From contig CAWFGO010000002.1 in the NCBI GenBank assembly GCA_963815455.1, positions 512,001 through 576,000 on the forward strand: a stretch of DNA of 64,000 nt, in the 5' to 3' direction. Made by a program: the position numbers and the translations under genes. Below are positions 27,743 to 36,581 of this stretch, in pieces (within the stretch, counting starts at the first letter, position 1; every line of letters starts with the position of its first letter). The stretch comes from an uncultured Verrucomicrobiae bacterium. Lineage in GTDB: Bacteria; Verrucomicrobiota; Verrucomicrobiia; Chthoniobacterales; UBA10450. A model generated the notes under the pieces. It was not told where the DNA came from, did no database searches, and worked only from the letters and a program-made list of their open reading frames with translations.

Positions 27743-27942
27743 GGAAGAGCCACTTCCACCACCTTGGCTCCGTCGCGTAACTCAACCGGCGATGGTTCAA
27801 ACCACAGGGCCAGAGCTTCCTTCGCATTGGCGATGGCTTCATCTTCCGTATCGCCAGCGGAGCCGCAGCCGGGAAGCTCGGGGAAAACCGCTGACCAGCG
27901 TTCGGTCTCGGCATCGTGTTCCACTACCAGCCGGAATTTCAT
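27739..27942 (-). CDS. hicB: HicB-family antitoxin (short, no DNA-binding domain)
   Basis: MKFRLVVEHD...WSAVFPELPGCGSAGDTEDEAIANAKEALALWF; overlaps hicA by 4 bp. Confidence 0.92.
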   Translation of the reverse strand: MKFRLVVEHDAETERWSAVFPELPGCGSAGDTEDEAIANAKEALALWFEPSPVELRDGAKVVEVALP

Positions 27943-27987
27943 GAAGCACAGGATAACTCCATTCAAGGTGCCCGGCAATCTTCCTTT

Positions 27988-28518
27988 GTGAGCGACGCAC
28001 CGATTCAAACCCAAGCCGGGCTGGAAACGCAGCCGCTTATGCCGGTGCGCCGTTTGCACAACTTTATCTATTGCCCACGGCTCTTTTACTATCAGTGGGT
28101 CGAAAATATTTTTCAGGAGAACGCGGACACGATTGAGGGGTCGCACGTGCACCGGAATGTCGATGCGCCTTCGCGGTTGAGCGAAGAAAAAGCAAAGGCG
28201 CTCAACGAAAGTCTTCCTGAAGGCGCGACCCTGCGCAGTTTGCGTCTGCAAAGCGAATCGCTCGGGCTCATTGGCGTTGTCGATCTTATTGAAGGCGGGC
28301 CGGACGGCGCCGAGATTATTGATTACAAGAAAGGTTCCGCGCGTCGGAACAGCGACGGCGAACGCGTGGCGAAAGAGCCGGATGCGATTCAGGTCGCGAC
28401 GCACGCGTTGTTGTTGCGCGAGCATGGGCTGAGGCGGGAGGAAGCGGTGGCGAATCGGATCGATGCCAGCCGGCTCGCAGTCATCGCGATTTCAGAAAGG
28501 CTGAGGCGGGAGGGTTGA
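27988..28518 (+). pseudogene. cas4: Truncated CRISPR-associated Cas4 domain, resembling the N-terminus of Cas4-Cas1 fusions
   Basis: PVRRLHNFIYCPRLFYYQWVE...EGSHVH...GLIGVVDLIE...IIDYKKG...IQV..HALLLREHG; homology stops at ~28430 before the C-terminal Cys cluster. Confidence 0.85.
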
Positions 28519-28625
28519 TCGAGCGAATTCGGCGGAGCCGAATTCGGTTTAGAAATCAAGTTGTTGCATAGCCCGCTTATGCGCGACTCCTTGCGCAGAC
28601 TAATCCCGAGGATACGGTTTCGCTC

Positions 28626-29507
28626 ATGTCGCCGGATGGGCAAATTTTCACACTCGGACATTCACCCGATCCCGATGATGCGTTCATGTTCTATGCGATG
28701 GCGGAGAACAAGATCGATCTCCGCGGGTACCAGTTCGAACATCGGCTAGAGGATATTCAAACGCTGAACGAACGCGCCCTGCGGGGTGAGCTGCATCTCT
28801 CGGCCATTTCGATCCATGCCTATGCTTATGTGAGCGACAAATACGCATTGCTGCCGTGCGGCGCGAGCATGGGCGATGGATATGGACCGATCCTGGTCAG
28901 GAAAATTCGAAACTCGAAATTCGAAATTCGAAATTCACATCAGGATGTCGATGTTCGCGAGTCGTTACGCGATAACGTGATAGCCGTACCAGGCAAAATG
29001 ACCAGCGCGTTTCTGGCGCTGCAACTTTATCTGGGCGAATTCAATCACGTTGTCGTCCCGTTCGATCAGATTTTCGACGCAGTGAAAGAGGGCCGCGCCG
29101 ATGCCGGACTGATCATCCACGAAGGGCAACTCACCTATGCGCGTTCGGGTTTTGAGAAGATTGTCGATCTTGGGGAATGGTGGAAACGTGAGACCGGTTT
29201 ACCGCTTCCACTTGGCGGGAATGTCTTGCGCAAAGATCTGCCGCCGCCTGTTCGCAGGGATATTTTGGAAATCATGCGGGAAAGCATCGATTACGGTCTG
29301 GCCCATCGCGAGGAAGCCGTGCGCCATTCTCTTCCCTACGCGCGCGATATGGACGCTGCGCTGGCCGGAAAATTCATCGGCATGTACGTAAATGAATTCA
29401 CCCGCGATTATGGGGAAACCGGCCGGGCTGCCATCCGCAAATTCCTCGGCGATGCTGGCGCGGCCCGTTACATCGACAAGGAAGTCGATCTGGAATTTAT
29501 CGAATAA
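28626..29507 (+). CDS. mqnD: MqnA/MqnD-family protein, probably 1,4-dihydroxy-6-naphthoate synthase (futalosine pathway)
   Basis: LGHSPDPDDAFMFY, GASMGDGYGP, GLIIHEGQLTY, LPLPLGGN and MYVN motifs. Confidence 0.88.
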   Translation: MSPDGQIFTLGHSPDPDDAFMFYAMAENKIDLRGYQFEHRLEDIQTLNERALRGELHLSAISIHAYAYVSDKYALLPCGASMGDGYGPILVRKIRNSKFEIRNSHQDVDVRESLRDNVIAVPGKMTSAFLALQLYLGEFNHVVVPFDQIFDAVKEGRADAGLIIHEGQLTYARSGFEKIVDLGEWWKRETGLPLPLGGNVLRKDLPPPVRRDILEIMRESIDYGLAHREEAVRHSLPYARDMDAALAGKFIGMYVNEFTRDYGETGRAAIRKFLGDAGAARYIDKEVDLEFIE

Positions 29508-29509
29508 CG

Positions 29510-29686
29510 CTACTTCTTCGGCTTCTGGGCCTTTTCCGTTTGCTTGACTACGAACGACTTCAGCCGGGTAAATTCCTTTTGGAATCCGTCCGCGAAATCG
29601 TGCGTGCCGTACTCGAAAAGCACGACGAAGCAGAAGGTGAAAAAGACGAACAGAGCGAGCCAAAACAGGCCGCGAATTAATGCCAT
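29510..29686 (-). CDS. Small membrane protein, 58 aa
   Basis: MALIRGLFWLALFVFFTFCFVVLFEYG followed by a basic tail; fills the gap between genes. Confidence 0.65.
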   Translation of the reverse strand: MALIRGLFWLALFVFFTFCFVVLFEYGTHDFADGFQKEFTRLKSFVVKQTEKAQKPKK

Positions 29687-29795
29687 GGGCGGAAGGCTAA
29701 CGCAGTCAGATTGCCGGGTCAACGCTTGAACCAACGGGCGAAGCTGCCATGCTCGCCACTGGACGAGTCCGTCCAACTGGCGGACTTTTCGGGCC

Positions 29796-30980
29796 ATGCG
29801 GGTGCCAATGCTCGATCTCAGCGAACAGTATCGCGTTCTCGCCGGGCCAATCCGGACCGAGATCGAAGAGGTGCTGGCCAGCCAGCGATTCATTCTAGGG
29901 CCAAAAGGTGAGGCACTCGAGCAGGCGATAGCCGCGTACTGCGGTGTTCCGCACGCCATCGGGGTGTCATCCGGCACCGACGCCTTGCTGGCCACATTGA
30001 TGGCATTAGAGATCGGGCCCGGCTATGCAGTCATAACCCCGGCCTACAGCTTTTTCGCCACGGCTGGTTGCGTGGCGCGCGTCGGCGCCACTCCCCGCTT
30101 CATCGACATCGACCCGGACACTTACAATATTTCGCCGTCAGCACTGAAGCGGTACATCCATGAGCACTGCAGCAGGTCCGACGGAAAGCTGGTTGATGGA
30201 AACGGCCAGATAATTTGCGCGATCATTCCAGTCCATCTCTTTGGACTGTGCTGCGAAATGAACGAGATCATGGAGGTCGCGCGGGAAAACAATCTCCTGG
30301 TGATCGAAGATGCCGCCCAGGCCATCGGCGCGGAATACCCCGGATCAAAGGGGACCGCGAGAGCGGGATCGATGGGCGACGCCGGTTGTTTCAGTTTTTA
30401 TCCGTCAAAAAATCTCGGAGCTGCGGGTGACGCCGGTCTGATTACGTGCCGAAACGATGATTTGGCAAAGCGACTGCGGATTTGCCGGCAGCACGGAATG
30501 GAGCCGCGTTACGAGCACCACTTCATCGGCGGAAATTTCCGCCTCGACGAAATACAGGCGGCGATTCTCAAGGTGAAGGCACCGTATTTGGATGGCTGGT
30601 CGGCAGCGCGCCGGACCGCGGCCGATTTTTACCGGCAAGAATTGACCCGGGCCGGCCTGACGAAACGAATCACGCTTCCGGCCGAGCCATATCGTGATCG
30701 CGGTGTCGCGAACTACCATATCTATCATCAGTACGTCATTCGCACACCGGATCGCGACGGGCTGCGGAAGCATTTGGCCGACCGCGAGATTGAGACTGCG
30801 ATTTATTATCCGATTGGGTTGCCCCAACAAAAATGCTTTGAATATCTGGATTACGAGCCGGACGATTTTCCCGAGACCGAGCGCGCCACCCGTGAGACAT
30901 TGGCGCTCCCGATCTATCCGGAAATTTCGCGCGAAGCGCAGCAATTCGTAGTAAAGTCGATCGCGGAATCTTTCGGATAG
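29796..30980 (+). CDS. DegT/DnrJ/EryC1/StrS aminotransferase
   Basis: SSGTDAL, IPVHLFG, IEDAAQAIG, FSFYPSKNLG and NFRLDEIQAA motifs. Confidence 0.93.
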   Translation: MRVPMLDLSEQYRVLAGPIRTEIEEVLASQRFILGPKGEALEQAIAAYCGVPHAIGVSSGTDALLATLMALEIGPGYAVITPAYSFFATAGCVARVGATPRFIDIDPDTYNISPSALKRYIHEHCSRSDGKLVDGNGQIICAIIPVHLFGLCCEMNEIMEVARENNLLVIEDAAQAIGAEYPGSKGTARAGSMGDAGCFSFYPSKNLGAAGDAGLITCRNDDLAKRLRICRQHGMEPRYEHHFIGGNFRLDEIQAAILKVKAPYLDGWSAARRTAADFYRQELTRAGLTKRITLPAEPYRDRGVANYHIYHQYVIRTPDRDGLRKHLADREIETAIYYPIGLPQQKCFEYLDYEPDDFPETERATRETLALPIYPEISREAQQFVVKSIAESFG

Positions 30981-31064
30981 GATCGACAACGTCGTTTCAC
31001 CGGGGCACGGGCAAATTACTTGCGGGGGCGAGTCCGTGCGCTATATCAAAACGCTCGCACTGAC

Positions 31065-31147
31065 GGGTAGGTACCGAAGTGGCCAAACGGGGCAGACTGT
31101 AAATCTGCTGGCTTACGCCTTCGCTGGTTCGAATCCAGCCCTGCCCA
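31065..31147 (+). tRNA. tRNA-Tyr (anticodon GTA), CCA not encoded
   Basis: GGGTAGGTACCGAAGTGGCCAAACGGGGCAGACTGTAAATCTGCTGGCTTACGCCTTCGCTGGTTCGAATCCAGCCCTGCCCA, cloverleaf with long variable arm. Confidence 0.95.
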
Positions 31148-31193
31148 CTCCTTTTCTCAATATTGGAGCGCCGTTGCGGAGCTTCCATTCAAA

Positions 31194-31222
31194 AAAAAAC
31201 GCCCGCCGAAGCGGGCGCTTTT
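31194..31222. terminator. Terminator between the convergent tRNA-Tyr and RRM genes
   Basis: A-run, CGCCCGC-CGAA-GCGGGCG hairpin, T-run. Confidence 0.75.
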
Positions 31223-31241
31223 GATGAAAATTATCTTGGGC

Positions 31242-31628
31242 TTAGCGGCCTCGTCTTCCACCGCCATCCCGGCGACCGCCGCCGTAGCCTCCGCCACCGC
31301 CGCCGCCACCACCGTAACCGCCGCCACCACCACCGCCGCCGTAGCCGCCACGGCCGCCACCGCCACCAGGCGGGCGGGCTTCGCGCGGGCGCGCTTCGTT
31401 CACGGTCAAGGGCCGGCCTTCCACGGTCTTGCCGTTAAACTGGGTGATTGCGTTCTGGGCCTCCTGGTCCGAACTCATCGTCACGAAAGCAAAGCCTCGC
31501 GATTTGCCAGTGAATTTATCCTGCATGAGTGTGACCTCCTGGACGGTGCCAGCTTGCGCGAAGAGCTCCTGCAGTTCGTTTTCTGTCGTGCTGAAAGCAA
31601 GATTTCCGACGTATAATTTAGTTCCCAT
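31242..31628 (-). CDS. RRM RNA-binding protein with Gly-rich tail
   Basis: KLYVGNL (RNP2), SRGFAFVTM (RNP1), VNEARPRE, poly-Gly tail. Confidence 0.95.
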   Translation of the reverse strand: MGTKLYVGNLAFSTTENELQELFAQAGTVQEVTLMQDKFTGKSRGFAFVTMSSDQEAQNAITQFNGKTVEGRPLTVNEARPREARPPGGGGGRGGYGGGGGGGGYGGGGGGGGGYGGGRRDGGGRRGR

Positions 31629-31807
31629 TGAGTTTATTCTACAAACGCAGCTAGGTCACTGTTCCCGCTTATCGGATTTCAAATCGTCGCTGAATAAACT
31701 CAACTGACAATTCACCAACTTCCGAGCTACTGTTTTCGTTTGGCCTCATTAGTAAATGCTTCTTTTGAGAAAGCAACAGGAATCGCGGACGAATTTATGT
31801 TGTAGAA

Positions 31808-33022
31808 ATGCCCAAATCTAACGTTACAAACGGAAAAAAGATCAGGGTCGCAATTGTGGCTGCTGGGGTGGTCAGTCCGCTTGGATTTGGCCGGGACGAA
31901 ACGATGGAATCGCTCCGGCTGGCCCGGGATTGCGTTACCCCAGTGACACGATTTTCGGTCGATCAATGTCGCTGCAAAACCGCCGGGCAAATCCCGGACG
32001 AACGTCTTGGGGAGGGCAACGGCGGTCGTTCTCAACGTTTGCACCGGGCATCCCACATGATGATGTCCGCCTTGCGCGAAGCGCTGACTCAGGTTCCCGA
32101 TTTCGATCCTGACCTGGCGGTAATTGGAACGACCAGCGGCGGCATGTCCTACGGCGAGGATTACTACCGATCGTTGCATCGACATGGCAATACACGCCAC
32201 GCACCGACCTGGATCGCCAATTATCCTGCCCAGAAACCAGTGATCGACGCGCTGGAGGATTCTGAGGTTTCCGCCCCTTGCCGAGTGATCGCGAATGCCT
32301 GTGCTTCGGGGACAAACGCCATTGGTCATGCCTTCGAGTGCGTTCGTTCGGGCCGCTACCAACGCGTTTTGACCGGCGGTTACGATGCGATCTCCGAGCT
32401 GGTCTTTGTCGGTTTCGATTCGCTCCAGGCATCGACGCCGGAAAAGTGCCGGCCGTTCGATCGACAGCGCACCGGTATGGTGTTGGGCGAAGGCGCAGCG
32501 GTCCTGGCCCTGGAAAATCTCGAGACCGCCCGCGCGCGCGGCGTGCCGGTCCTGGCCGAGATAACCGGTTACGGCATTTCCACGGATAATTTTCATCTTA
32601 CTCAGCCGAATCCGTCCGGCGCCGGGCCGCGCCAAGCGATGGAGCAAGCGCTCCAGAGCGCTGGTCTGCCCGCCAAAGCGGTCGATTATATTAATGCGCA
32701 TGGAACGGCCACGGCGTTCAATGACGCGGCGGAGGGCAAGGCCATCGCCGAGCTGTTCGGTCGGGTTCCGGTGAGCTCGACCAAGAGCATGATGGGACAC
32801 TCGTTAGGCGCGGCGGGCGCGATTGAAGCGGTTTTCTGTCTGCTCGCACTCCGGGATCAATTTCTCCCGGCCAACATCAATTTCCGCGCGCCGGATGAAG
32901 ATGTCGATCTTGATATCGTCGCGAACGAAGCGCGTCCGGCGATATTGAGCACCGTCCTTTCGAACTCGTTCGGTTTTGGCGGAACGAATGCTTCAATCGT
33001 TATGCAAAAGTTTGAGGCATGA
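31808..33022 (+). CDS. Beta-ketoacyl-ACP synthase (FabF-like, Cys-His-His intact)
   Basis: ANACASG, INAHGTAT, STKSMMGHSLGAAG and SNSFGFGG motifs. Confidence 0.9.
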   Translation: MPKSNVTNGKKIRVAIVAAGVVSPLGFGRDETMESLRLARDCVTPVTRFSVDQCRCKTAGQIPDERLGEGNGGRSQRLHRASHMMMSALREALTQVPDFDPDLAVIGTTSGGMSYGEDYYRSLHRHGNTRHAPTWIANYPAQKPVIDALEDSEVSAPCRVIANACASGTNAIGHAFECVRSGRYQRVLTGGYDAISELVFVGFDSLQASTPEKCRPFDRQRTGMVLGEGAAVLALENLETARARGVPVLAEITGYGISTDNFHLTQPNPSGAGPRQAMEQALQSAGLPAKAVDYINAHGTATAFNDAAEGKAIAELFGRVPVSSTKSMMGHSLGAAGAIEAVFCLLALRDQFLPANINFRAPDEDVDLDIVANEARPAILSTVLSNSFGFGGTNASIVMQKFEA

Positions 33023-34143
33023 GCCTGAAGATTGCCGGAATGGGGTGGGCCACACCTCTGGGCAGTGGTGTCGATCCTGTCTGGCAACGGCTGCTCCAAG
33101 GCGATGAGCCAATCGCAGAAAAGATCGGAGAACAGTTCAGCGACCGTTCGTATTCGGTTTTTCGCGTGCCGGAGTCCGCGCTCACCAAGTTGACACCTCA
33201 TTCGCGCCTGCGCCGGGCCAGCGCCATTTCCCGTTTCGCCGCCGCGGCCGGACTGGAGGCGCTCGAAGACGCAGGAGTCACGCTTGATCCGGATCAAGCG
33301 AAACGGATCGCTCTGGTTTTCGCCGTCTCAAATGGTGGTGTGGTCTACACGAAACGTTTTTACCGCGACATCGTCGAATCAGGCGCGCAATCAGCCAGCC
33401 CGCTCCTCTTTCCGGAAACGGTTTTCAACGCGCCGGCGAGCCATCTGGCGGCAATTCTCGGCATCACCGGCGCGACCTACACACTAGTTGGTGACGGCGC
33501 GGTCGGGCTCCCGGCTTTAAGCATGGCCGAAGATTTGATGGCGAACGAAGAACTCGATCATTGCCTTGTGGTGGGAGCGGAAGAAGTCGATTGGGTGCTC
33601 TGCGACGCGTATCGAAAATGGCGGCTTCTTCGAATGGACCCGCCGATCGAGCCATTTAGCGAAGTGCCGCGAGGAACGATTTTGAGCGAGGGGGCCGGCG
33701 CGATCGTATTGGCCAGGGACGGCTCGATAAGTATCGAGCAAACTCACGCGAGCACCCATTACGGCAAGCGCACCCAAGTCGAACCGCTCTTAAAGAAACT
33801 GCTTGCCGATCTGGCGGGGACCAGGATCGACATCGTCATCGCGAGTGCCAACGGCACATTCATCGACAAGGCGGAATCGGGCGCAATATCGCGGGTCGTC
33901 CCAGATGCGTCGGTTTACACGGCGAAGCCGGCGCTTGGCGAAAGTGTGGGAGCGGCAGGCTTGTGGCAGGTCATTTTGGGAGCGAAATCCTTGCTCACGG
34001 GGCAACTTCCACCCTCGCTTCATCTCAAGGCAGAGCCCCCGCCGCGCGCTTCAACGGCGATTCCGGCCGCTCAACAGGCGCTCGTCCTGGCCTGTGGCCT
34101 TAATCAGCAGATCGCCGGGCTACGTCTCCGGGGCGGCCAGTGA
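33019..34143 (+). CDS. Ketosynthase-like protein lacking catalytic residues (chain-length-factor-like)
   Basis: ASPLLFPETVFNAPASH and LSEGAGA; catalytic Cys region reads VGDGAVG; overlaps the KS stop (ATGA). Confidence 0.75.
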   Translation: MSLKIAGMGWATPLGSGVDPVWQRLLQGDEPIAEKIGEQFSDRSYSVFRVPESALTKLTPHSRLRRASAISRFAAAAGLEALEDAGVTLDPDQAKRIALVFAVSNGGVVYTKRFYRDIVESGAQSASPLLFPETVFNAPASHLAAILGITGATYTLVGDGAVGLPALSMAEDLMANEELDHCLVVGAEEVDWVLCDAYRKWRLLRMDPPIEPFSEVPRGTILSEGAGAIVLARDGSISIEQTHASTHYGKRTQVEPLLKKLLADLAGTRIDIVIASANGTFIDKAESGAISRVVPDASVYTAKPALGESVGAAGLWQVILGAKSLLTGQLPPSLHLKAEPPPRASTAIPAAQQALVLACGLNQQIAGLRLRGGQ

Positions 34144-34246
34144 GAATCCGGACCGGTTGGGCAGGGCCTGGGGCCCCAATCACAGCAGGCGCACCCGGTT
34201 TTAGCTTTGCAAGGAGACCCTCCTCCGGGTACCTTCGGCGACCGCC

Positions 34247-36493
34247 ATGGGAAGCCCGGTTCGTCTGTTCTTTGCCTTAATTCTGATCGCCAGCGTTGCC
34301 CGGGCGGCGGTCAAGACCCCGGAAGGATCGCCGATGGAAATTACGTCAACCGGGGAAACCAGTTACGAGAGCGGCCTGGCCACAGCGCGAGAGAACGTGG
34401 CTATTCACGTGGGCGATACGGATATTTACTCCGACTACGCGCAGTACAATTCCCGCACCCACGAAATCCTGGCGCGAGGACATGTGCGCATCTACCGCGA
34501 TACCAAGCTCTACCTGGCCGATAGCGGTATTTACAACACGGAGACGAAACAGATTCGGGCCAGCCATCTGCGCACCTCTTCCAATCCATATTTCGTCAGC
34601 GGTGAAGATGTCACCGAGATTTCCCAGAACGGCTACGTCATCAAGAACGGCACATTCACCACGCATGATGCGCCGGTGCCAGATTTCCATCTTCGGGCTC
34701 GAACGATTCGTGTTTACGAAAACGACCGCGTGATTTTCCAAAATGTGACGTTCTTCGTCGGAAAGACGCCGGTGTTTTGGTGGCCTTACCTTTACCAATC
34801 GCTCAACGACGCGTTCAGCTTTACCGTTTCACCCGCCTATCTCACCTCGTGGGGGCCGTCCCTTCTTACCCAGGTCCTCTTTCCGATCCGGGAGAATATC
34901 AAAGGTCGCATTCGGCTCGATTACCGCGAGCGGCGCGGTGTAGCCATCGGTTTCGAATCGGACATCACCTACGGAAAAGACGAAAGCAGTTGGGCGAAGA
35001 TCAAGACTTACTACATCCAGGACCAGGACCCGTTGGTGAATCGAACCGCCTTGCCCCGACATGAGATTCCCACCGGCCGCTACCGGGTCGGTTTGCAAGA
35101 CCTCACCAACTTTACCAGCGACATCTACGGCATCGTGGATGTCACAAAGCTAAGCGATCCGTTCGTGATGCAGGATTTTTACCAGAGCGAGTTCCGGGTC
35201 AATCCCGCGCCCGACAATGTGACTGCGCTAACCAAAAAAGACCCGTTCTACACGCTCACCGCCATCGCCCGTTTTCAGGCGAATCAATTCTTCGAACAAA
35301 CCGAGAGACTGCCGGAGGTAGTATTGGACATCAAACGCCATGGACTGTTTGGCGGCCCGATTTTTTATGAGGGCGAAAGCGGATTGGCCGATTTGCGGCG
35401 CCAATTTCCTGCTGACTCCGGGTTTCAAAACTACGGCGCGCTTCGACTCGACACGTTTCACCAACTGCTTTATCCAAATACCTACTTCGGCTGGCTCTCT
35501 GTTGTCCCGCGAGTTGGCTTTCGCGGAACCTACTACGACGAGACGCGCGATCTCGGGCGAACGATTTTTCCATCGAATTCGAACCAGTTTGTCCCCGATT
35601 TCATTCTGCCGGATCCGACGGCGGACAATCCAATTGTAAACGGCGGCACCGCCTTTCGCGCCATCGTCAACGCCGGCGCAGAGGCCTCGTTCAAAATTTC
35701 CCGGACGTGGGAAAACGTCGAGAGCCGCACTCTCGGCCTGGATGGCCTCATGCACGTCATTCAGCCGTTCACCAATTTCTCTTATGTCGCGGATAACGGA
35801 CTCAATCCGGCGGCGATTTTGCAATTCGACCGATTCGAGCCCAGCACCCAATTGCGGCCGATCGATTTTCCGCAATTCACCACCATCGATTCGATCGACG
35901 ACTGGACGATCTGGCGGGTGGGTGTCAGAAACCGCCTTCAAACCCGGCGTGATGACCAAACGGTTACCTGGCTCGAATTGGACACGTTTTTCGACGTGAA
36001 TTTCGACAGCCCCTACGACAAATCGAGTTACTCAAATTTCTTTAACAATATTCGCTTCTCGCCGCTCCCGTGGATGACACTCAACATCAACTCGCAGGTG
36101 CCGGCCTTCGATCGAGGCTTCACCGAAGTGAATACGAATTTGACGGTCCAACCGTTCCCAGGTCTTCAGGTCGGCGTCGGGCATCGCTATCTGAATGAGA
36201 ACCCATTTTTCCAGAACAGCAGCTTGTTTGTCGTTGGCGGATATTACCGGTTGAATGACAACTGGGGCATTGGCGTTCAGGAGCAGTACGAAGAAAATAG
36301 TGGGGTCCTGGAGCAACAGCGCTATGCGATTTACCGCGATCTGTCCAACTGGGTGGCGTCCCTGGGAGCCGTGGTGCGCGATAATGCTGGAGTGAAGGAA
36401 TACGGCGTGCTCTTCACTTTTACCCTCAAGGCGTTTCCAAAGTTCGGATTCGATCTAAATTTCGACCCCGGCAGCACCGGCGACAACCAATGA
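34247..36493 (+). CDS. lptD: LPS-assembly protein LptD
   Basis: Signal peptide, OstA-like N-terminal domain, TPVFWWPY, ERLPE, HVIQPF, GVRNRLQTRR, barrel C-terminus. Confidence 0.8.
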   Translation: MGSPVRLFFALILIASVARAAVKTPEGSPMEITSTGETSYESGLATARENVAIHVGDTDIYSDYAQYNSRTHEILARGHVRIYRDTKLYLADSGIYNTETKQIRASHLRTSSNPYFVSGEDVTEISQNGYVIKNGTFTTHDAPVPDFHLRARTIRVYENDRVIFQNVTFFVGKTPVFWWPYLYQSLNDAFSFTVSPAYLTSWGPSLLTQVLFPIRENIKGRIRLDYRERRGVAIGFESDITYGKDESSWAKIKTYYIQDQDPLVNRTALPRHEIPTGRYRVGLQDLTNFTSDIYGIVDVTKLSDPFVMQDFYQSEFRVNPAPDNVTALTKKDPFYTLTAIARFQANQFFEQTERLPEVVLDIKRHGLFGGPIFYEGESGLADLRRQFPADSGFQNYGALRLDTFHQLLYPNTYFGWLSVVPRVGFRGTYYDETRDLGRTIFPSNSNQFVPDFILPDPTADNPIVNGGTAFRAIVNAGAEASFKISRTWENVESRTLGLDGLMHVIQPFTNFSYVADNGLNPAAILQFDRFEPSTQLRPIDFPQFTTIDSIDDWTIWRVGVRNRLQTRRDDQTVTWLELDTFFDVNFDSPYDKSSYSNFFNNIRFSPLPWMTLNINSQVPAFDRGFTEVNTNLTVQPFPGLQVGVGHRYLNENPFFQNSSLFVVGGYYRLNDNWGIGVQEQYEENSGVLEQQRYAIYRDLSNWVASLGAVVRDNAGVKEYGVLFTFTLKAFPKFGFDLNFDPGSTGDNQ

Positions 36494-36581
36494 TTGCAAT
36501 CGAGCAAAGCATGCTACCGTTTTCAGCCCTGGCCCACCGGTTGCTTCGTTGTGACTGAGGTGCGACGGCGCTTTTTTTGCT

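Noticed and set aside
31242..31380. GCC/ACC-rich tandem repeat
   Set aside because: It encodes the ordinary Gly-rich tail of the RRM protein.
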